Below are positions 28,201 through 37,200 of a stretch of DNA of 64,000 bases, piece after piece. The notes below the pieces were generated by a model that ran no database searches, had not been told where the DNA came from, and saw only the letters and a list, made by a program, of their open reading frames with translations. The translations under genes and the position numbers were made by a program. The stretch's first letter is position 1, and each line of letters starts with the position of its first letter. This DNA is from Mobula hypostoma (lineage: Eukaryota), in the NCBI RefSeq assembly GCF_963921235.1, contig NC_086107.1, positions 112,904,001-112,968,000 on the forward strand. The letters run 5' to 3'.

Positions 28201-31200
28201 CATGCCCTGCCTAATCAAGAATCTATCAACCTCTGCCTTAAATTTACCCAATAACTTGGCCTCCACTGTTGCCTGTGGCAACAAATTCCACAGATTCACC
28301 ACTCTCTGGCTAAAGAAATTCCTCCTCGTCTTTGCTCTAAAGGAATGTCCCTCTATTCTGAGGCTGTGTTCTCTGGTCCTAGACTCTCCCACCATAGGAA
28401 ATGTCCTCTGCAAGTTGTGATTAGAATGAATACTGTTTACCTTTGCAAAGAAGGATCATTCTTCCCCCTACTTTACCTCACCAAATTCTTCACATAAATG
28501 GCTGTTTACTCCTTTGGCCTTGTATCCTGAAATCAGCAGCCTTCGTGTGTGCTGACTTTGGGACTTTATTGAGGGGTATTTTCTGACCTGATCTCCACTT
28601 TTCCCCCTGTCCTCCAGCTGTTTGGAGATTTGAAAGAGTGGGTGTCCCTCTATTCTGAGGCTGTGTCCTCTGGTATTAGAATCTCCCACTATAGGAATCA
28701 TCTTCTTCACATTCAACATTCAATACGTTTCTTTGAGATTACCCCTCACTCTTTTAACCCCTGCAGTTCCGCAATTCTTCCCACAAGGATTTAACACCTT
28801 CTAATCGTAAGTGATCCCTTTCTAAGGATTTGATTTTATTATTTTACCAACAGAGCTATGCTACCTCCGCTACCTACCTGCCTGTTATTTCAATATAATG
28901 TGTGCCCATGGATGTTAAGCTCCCAACTATACTCTTCTTTCAGCCACAACTCAGTGATGCCCACAACATCACAGCTGCCAATCTCTAACTGCGTTACAAA
29001 AACAATACTAAACACGACAAGGCAGCTGAAGGCCAGGAGTGACTGGCTGGTTCGATGAGTGAACAAGGCCTGTGGATGAGAGCTGGGTGTAAATAGGCTG
29101 CAGGTGATGAGTTGGAGGTGAGAGGTAGGTGACTCCTATTAGCTGGGTGGAGATCAGGAGGAACCTGCATGTGCAGGCCTGAAAATTAGATCCAAAACCA
29201 GATGCCATTTGACTAACTGGAAGCAATTACAGACTCCAGGTCAGTAATTCGGGACAGTATTGGACAATAGTGTCAAGTAAATGAATCCATGCCATGACAG
29301 ACAGGATTTCCCAGCAGCTATCTATTTCAATTTGACTTCCCATTCCAATGCAAGTCCATGCTGCTGGGAGATTGGAGGTGATAGGGGGAAGAGGTGAAGG
29401 GCTGAAGGAGGAGGAATCTGATACAGTGAACCGAGGAAGAGGAAGGAGGAGGGCCACAAGAGGGAGGTGATTGTCATCTCAGCTTGGAGGAGCAACACCT
29501 CATATTCCATCTGGGTAGCCACCAACCTGATGACATGAACATCAATTTATCTCCCGTCTCTCTTTTTGTATTTCCCATCCTGGTTCCTTTCTCAACCCTT
29601 CTCTTCTCCTTACCTGCCCAAGAGCTCCCTCTGGTGCCTTCCCTCTTTCCCTTTCTCCAATGGTCTACTCTCCTTTCAGGTTCCCTTTCCTTCAGCCCTT
29701 TATTTTTTTTCCATTTATCACCTCCCAGCTTTTCACCTCACCTCCCCTTCCCCACCCTCCTGACACCTCACCTGTTCTCACTCATCACTCATCACTCAGC
29801 TTGTACGCCTTCCACTCCCTCTACCTTCTTGTTCTGGCTTCTTCCCCCTCCCCTTCCAGCCCTGATGAAGGGCCTCTGCCTGAAACTCCGATTGTTTATT
29901 CCTCTCCTGACTTGCTGGGATTCCCGGCATTCTGTGCTCAAGGTTTCCAGCATTTGCAGAATCTCTCGGCTAATTGATTCAACGGTGTTGTGCTGTGCTT
30001 TGCATGTTACATTAGTATCTGGGCTGAGGGAGTCAAGGACTTGGGATGAGCAAAATCCCTACTTACTGTATCCTGGCAACACAGGAATACAATTCCAACA
30101 GTCATTTCAAGGAGGAAGATGATCAGAAGCACCACGAAGAACTGTGAGAAAGAGAAAGGTTGAGTCAGGAAATGCAGAGAAGGCTTAACCCAAATGCAGA
30201 GCAGCAGAGACGATTCAGCAGTGAGCGATAACTGTGATTATAGACCACAAAATAACACGAGGGGCCGCAAAACAATAGAGAATAGAAACTAAACACAACA
30301 GGCAGCAAGGTAAACTTTGATCGGGCAGGGGGAAATCAAAGTTGACACCAACTCATTTGATGGGTGAACAAGGACAGTGGATGAGAACTGGGTTTAAATA
30401 GGCTGCAGGTGATGAGTCTGGCATGAGCAACAGGTGAAACCTATTAGCTGGGTGGAGACTGGGAGGTGCCTGCATGTGCAGGCTGGAAGGTATCAGCCAG
30501 AGCAGGCGTAACTGGTTGGGAGACATCAGAATGGGAAACCAGGGCACATTATTTTTATTTACCAATTTTTAAGAATGTATGCTGGAATTTTTTTTCTCCC
30601 TGTCCTTAAATGCCCTTGAATTTCAGGGCCACATCAGCATTTCCCGGGTTTGAGTACTATAGTTATCATTATTAATGACTAGATATTTTATTTAAATTCC
30701 AAATGATGAATTTATCATTTTATTTAGAGATAAAAGGTAACAGGACCTGCGCCACCCAATTACATCAATGTGACCCATTAACCTACTAACCCGTATGTCT
30801 TTGGAATGTAGGAGGAAGCCAGAGCACCAACTTGGTCACGGGGAGATTGAACAAATCCTTTACAGGCGGTGGTGGGAATTGAACCTCGGTTGATTGCTGT
30901 AAGCTGTAATAGAGTTACGCTTACCATTACACTGCTCTGCATCTGGTATTCCCAAGTCTCCCATCCAAGTACTAACCGTGCCTGAGCCTGCTTAGCTTCT
31001 GAGCTCAGACAAGATCAAGCATTTATAGGGTAGTTAAAGTTAGTCTACGGCCATACTAGCCTATGAATTTAAATTCCACAGCCGTGGTGTAATTTGAATT
31101 AACATCTCCGGAATTTTAGCTGAAGCCTTTGTGTTACTAATTCATTAAGTTAACCATAGCACCACCACCACACCCACATTATCACTGACGCTCAGTGGCC

Positions 31201-34200
31201 ATATTATTAGGTACCTCCTGTACGTTCGTGATTTTCTGCTGTGTAGCCCATTCATTTCGACGCTCGACATGTTGCACATACAGAGATGTTCTTCTGCACA
31301 CCACTGTTGTAAAGCATGGCTATTTGAGTTACTGTCACCTCGAGGCACTTTTGCCCACAGGACTGCTGCTTGCTGGATGTGTTTTTTTGTTTTTCACCCC
31401 AAACTTTGGAGACCGTTGTTCACAAAAATCCCAGGAGATCATTCCACGGTCAAAGTCATTTGGATCACATTTCTTCCCCATTCTGATGTTTGGTCTGAAC
31501 AACAACTGAACCTCTTGACCATGTCTGCATGCTTTTATGCATTGAGTTGCTGCCACATGATTGGCTGATTAGATATTTGCATTAACGTACAGGTGAACCT
31601 AGTGAAATGGCCAATGAGTGTACTGAGCAGTGATGGTCAGAACACACAGACCTGTTCAGTTCTTCTTTAGTGTCATGTAGTCTTTTACAGTGATCAAAAA
31701 GATAACCCTATCTTGTCTGGAAGACACCAGCTCTGACCACTCCTTCAGGACTGTGGAGGATTTGTCACCCCTCAGATTCCTAGAGCATTCTAATTCAATG
31801 TTATCGCACACTCACGGTAAGCAGAAGGCAGCGGTTTTCAATCACAGCTCCGAGGCAGCCAAGAAATCCCACGATCATGATCACGGACCCGACAGCGATG
31901 AAGAAATTGGCAACGGTGAGAGATGGAAAGGATGAGGAGAGGGTCACAAAGTTCCCTTGTGTTACCACCAGCCACACTCCGACTCCGAGAATCCCACATC
32001 CTCCCAGCTGTATTGAAAAGATAGCAAATAGCATTTATGTTAGCACCTTAAACATGGTAAATATGAAGTGTTGTACGTGCAGCATGTCAGCAATGAAAAT
32101 TTGATGCTGAGCCTTAGAGGGAAATATTAGAGCAGCTGATCAAAAGGGTGTAGTGTGAGGGGCTGAATATGACGGTAATTATAGAGTCATAGAGCACTAC
32201 AGGACTTTGGCCTGTCTGGTCCATGCTGATCTGTTATTCTGTCTAGTATAGAAAAACCTAAGTGTAAGGGGTTTCTTCTTTTATGTTACTGCGTAGTCTA
32301 ATTAAAATGGCTTCTTTGTTATGTTAACTGCTGAGAAAGTCCTCCCGCTAGCAGTTTGTTTGGATCATGTTACTGATAAGAAGATGTTACGAACCAAGTG
32401 GAATAGTTGTTATGCTTTCTGTGTGTCTGTAAGATATTGTGATGCGCGGGTTTTCGGGGAGAAGGTAGGAGAAAGAGACAGACAGAGGATGGACCAGGTG
32501 CTATGAGTCTGCTAACAGGATCGGACCCCGAGCAGGGGTCCAAGGTCCAGGATGTTCGGTGATAGAGGAGACAGCGACGGACTCGTGTGGAGCGTCTGGT
32601 CGACCACCTTTGTTGGTCCCAGGCGGCAGGTCGAGGTGGGTCCGAGGGGTCGCAGGGTGAAGAAGGAGGGTCCTGAACTCCAACTGTTTGTGCATGAAGA
32701 GATTGAACTTTGGTAAGTGTAAGTATTGTCTGTTATTTGGGCGGGGTGGGGTACATCACACAGCATCCACACAAACTAATTACCCAGCTTGGCGGGGCCG
32801 AGGGCTGTTTCCCTGGACGACAGCGAGCCGAGCGACCCTGAGACTGGCCGGGGGGGGCTACATACATCATAAGGGTATAGGTAACATATATATCTATAAT
32901 GTACACATCTATTTGGGGCTCCACAGTAACATTGGGGGTTAGTGCAACACTTTTACAGTTCGGGACATCGGAGTTCATTCCTGGATGTCCTCTGAGAGAA
33001 GTCTCCGTACGACCCCCCCACGTGGAATGCACGGGTTCTCTCCCGGTTCAGACGGTCACATTTAATATCAGAGAATGCATACAGAACGCAACCCGAAATT
33101 CTTACTCTTCACAGGCATCCACAAAACAAGAAACCCCAAAGACTGAATGATAGTAACATCAGAAACTCAAAGCACCCCCCCCCCACATGCATAAGCAGCG
33201 GCAGATGCATCAACCCTTCCCCTCCCCCAACACGCACCAATAAAAGCACCCCCCCTCACCATGAAAACAAGAACAAAAGCCCCCCTCCCCAAAGAGTCCT
33301 TGATAGAGTCCATCGAAAACTACAGTCCATAGCCCAGCACTTCGGTATCTCAGACGGGCTGTCTCTCACCACTGAGGAGCTACGGTTTCCTCCCCATTCC
33401 AAAGACGTACGGGTTAGTAGGTTAATTGGTCATTGTAATTTGTCCTGTGAGTAGGCTAGGGTTAAATCAAGGGGTTGCTGGATCGGCAGGGCCTGTTCTG
33501 TACCTCTAAATATTAAGTTAATTTTGATACATTAACTGGCACCCTGTGGTATCAAATCTGGGAAAGGGAATCAAAAATGAGAAGGCACAGATTTCTAGGT
33601 GAGGGGGGTCAAGATATAAAAGGGACCTGAGGGACAACTTCATTCGTGCAGAGGAAACGATCTGTCAGAGGAAGTGGCTGAGGCTGCTACAATAATCACA
33701 TTTAAAAGACAGTCGGACAGGTACATGGATAGGAGAAGTTTAGACGCATATGGATGTATTGCTGGCAAGTCATGGGAATGTTAATCAAAGATCGGCTTTA
33801 TTCACTGAATACATTTACATGTATTAGGAATTTGCTGTGAGCTGTCGGTCAGGGAGTAACATGCACCAAAAAAAAAACAACATTCAACAATTATAATGGC
33901 CTCTCAAAGTCCAGCCCTATGTTCCTGTCGTGAGAGGTAGAAAAGGGGAAGGTCGGCCAATGGCTGTACAGGCCAATCCCTGTACAGTCGATACAATGGA
34001 TTGCAGAAGCGTTGATGAGCTCCAACCATACCATCGACTTTGGACGATGAAGGTGGGAGGTCATCAATGGCCTGTTGTCCACTAGGGTCCGAATAAGTGA
34101 GAAAGTAACAAGTGTTTCCTCCCACAGTCCAAAGACCTACTGGTTGGTAGGTTAATTGGCCACTGTAAATTGTCCGATGAGTAGGCCAGGATTAAATAGG

Positions 34201-37200
34201 GGGTTTGCTGGATAGAGGTTCAAAAGTCGGAGGGGCCTGTTCTGCTCTGTATCCCAATAAATGAATAAACAAGTCCTCCCCACATCCAATTCTGTTCTGT
34301 ATCCGAATAAATAAATAAACAAGTCCTCCCCACATCCAGTGGAGCCCCACACATTAGACATTTCTATGAGGTCACCTCTCATTCTCACATCCAGAGAACC
34401 GAGGACTGTCCTTATCTTAGTACCTAGCTTGGTGAATCTTTGTTGCATTCCATCAACGACAAGAATATCAACCACTGGGAGAGTAGACTCAGTACAGTAT
34501 TCCAGGTGTGGGTTCACCATGGTCCTGCGTTATTGCACAAGGTATCTTTATTCTTATATTCAAATTGTCTTGCATGGAAGTCATTTGCCTTCCGCACCTG
34601 TACAAGGACAATTAGCTTCCGGAACGTCAATATTTTATTACTTAGAGATGCAGCACCCCAGGCCCTTCGAGCCGCACTGCCCAGCAACCCACCTAATTAA
34701 CCCTAGCCTGATCACAGGACAATCTACAATGACCAGTTAACCTACCCACCAGTACGTCTGCAGTTGGAGCAAACTGGAGCCCAGAGGAAACCCACGCATT
34801 CCACAGGAAGGACGTACAAGCTTTCTTACAAACAGCGCTGGGATTGAACTCTGAACTCCAGCTGTAACAGCGTCACGCTAACCGCTAGGCCGCTGTGGCG
34901 CCCTGAGCAGAATCAGCAATTTTTATATTCAACCAAAATGAGGGACTTCACAGTTTCCACAATACACTGTTGCACAGTTCCTTAACTTGTCCAAGTTTCT
35001 TTGAAACCAGGGGTTCCCAACCTGGGGTCCATGGACCCCTTGGTAATGGCATCGGTCCACATCATAACAAAAGGTTGGGAACCCCTGGCTTAAATCCCCT
35101 TTGCATCCTTATATATCTCTTGAAGACGACCACAACTTTGCCGTTGGGCTTGGAGGCTTTCATACCTCAATGACCCAGAGAGCGATGCTGGCTGGAGTCA
35201 GGGCTTTAATGCTTTGGCTCATGGCTGAGTCACCCATGCCAAACAGGTCAAAGGGTAGAGGCCGGACTGAGAGTGGTCCACCGGTCCTTGAGGTTTGGGT
35301 GTTCATCTCAGGGCTAACAACTCTGACTGGTAAAACAAAATTGTTATGGAAAGAGCAATGAAGAATCTTTCTACATCTGAGTGCGATGGTATTCCTGAGT
35401 CTCCACCTGGGACTTTCATGACTGACAGTAGTGAAAACCGAGAGGAATCCACTGACACGATGAAGGAAGCCCTGAACACCACTAGAGATGGAGAACCTTC
35501 ATTGCTGCCCTAAACACCACCCACATAGTGGGCAGTAAATAAGCAAACATCCTTGTCATTACTAGTATTCCTACTTAGTTAGGTATCATCAAACAACTTG
35601 AAAATGTTGTATTTCAGCTCCTCAATCACGCTGTTGACGTAGATTGTTTGGCTGGCTGTTGGGGGTCAGGTTGTAATTGCCAACCAGTGAATCTAACAGC
35701 TGCAGGTCAGGTGTAAGTCTCATTGTAGACCTGACTGTGACAGGTAGGATAGCCTGTGTGCAAAGTTTTGATTTAGGAGTGGGTAGTTTCAGTTTCTCTG
35801 GGTATGAAACTCAGAGTGTTGTGGTGCTACTTTCATTCCACACTAACACCTGGAAGCGAATGTTGGACGATATCAGAGCAAAATGAGGGAAGACTCAAAG
35901 CTGCAGAAATGTGATTTCTTAAGAAGAATAATGAAAATATTCTTTAGCCAGAGAGTGGTGAATCTGTGGAATTCATTGCCACGAGCAGCTGCAGAAGCCA
36001 AGTCATTTGGTATCTTTATGGCAGAGTTTGATAGATTCTTGATTGTTGTTTGTCCATCATCGTCGATGAAGACCTCGACACCGTTAGTCACTTTGAGACT
36101 GGATGCGGTGTGTCCGAAGATGACTGGTCAGGCCAATTCGGGCACGGAATGTCCTGGCACACGTTGGGCAGACGTGTAGGCGCTGCAGTTGTTGCGCTGG
36201 TGGCTCCGGACTTGCGCAGCTCGCGCTTACGTTGTGCTTCAGCAATGCGCCTCGCTTCGTAAGCTTCACAGCCCTTGTGGATGAGGCCACGCCAGGTGGG
36301 GCGGTTTTGTGCCAGTGATTCCCAGGTGGCCTGTGTTCTATGTCGTGTCTATGTCAAGCGACTTCAGGGAGGCCTTTAGTGTGTCTTTGTAACGTTTCTT
36401 CTGCCCTCCATGTGAGCGTCTTCCAGCAGAGAGTTCCCCAAAAAGGAGCTGCTTGGGTATGCGCTCGTCTGGCATGCGGATGACATGACCTGCCCACCGG
36501 GTCTGTGCTCTCATCAGCAGTGTGTGGACTGATGGCAGACTTGCTCTGGAGAGAACTTCAGTGTCTGGTACTTTGTCTTGCCATCTGATGCCTAATATTC
36601 TGCGAAGACAAGTCATGTGGAAATGGTTGAGCTGTCTTGCATGCCTTCGATACACAGTCCACGTTTCACAGGCATACAGGAGGGTAGTGAGTACCACGGC
36701 TCTGTAGACCTTCAGTTTTGTTGCTGGACTGATTCCTCGACGTTCCCATACAGTGGAGCGCAGTCTAACAAAAGCAGAACTTGCCTTTGCTATTCTGCAG
36801 TTAACTTCTGTATCAATAGTCACTGCTCGGGAGAGGGTGCTGCCAAGGTCAGTAAACTGGTCCATCGCCTGTAGTTTCTGTCCTTTGACTGTGATTTTCG
36901 GTTCTGTGTACGGTGCATGAGGGGCAGGCTGGTGCATGACTTCGGTCTTTATGATGTTGATGGTGAGTCCAGAGTTGTCACAAGCCGTGGAGAATTTGTC
37001 CATATTGACTTGCATCTCTGGATCCGAGCCAGCATACAGGGCGCAGTCATCGGCAAAGAGGAAGTCTCTCAGAACAGTCTCCTTCACATTGGTAATAGCT
37101 TGAAGTCTCCTCAGGTTGAAGAGCTTCCCATCCACTCTGTACTTGAGGCTGATTCCAGCATCACTGTCCTGGAAGACATCATTCAGCGTGGCAGTGAACA

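Noticed and set aside
29484..30122. 212-aa plus-strand ORF overlapping exon 3
   Set aside because: Low-complexity Penelope pyrimidine tract plus the antisense of exon 3; no coherent protein.
34240..34338. About 50-bp direct duplication
   Set aside because: Simple local duplication at a SINE/CR1 junction with no sign of function.
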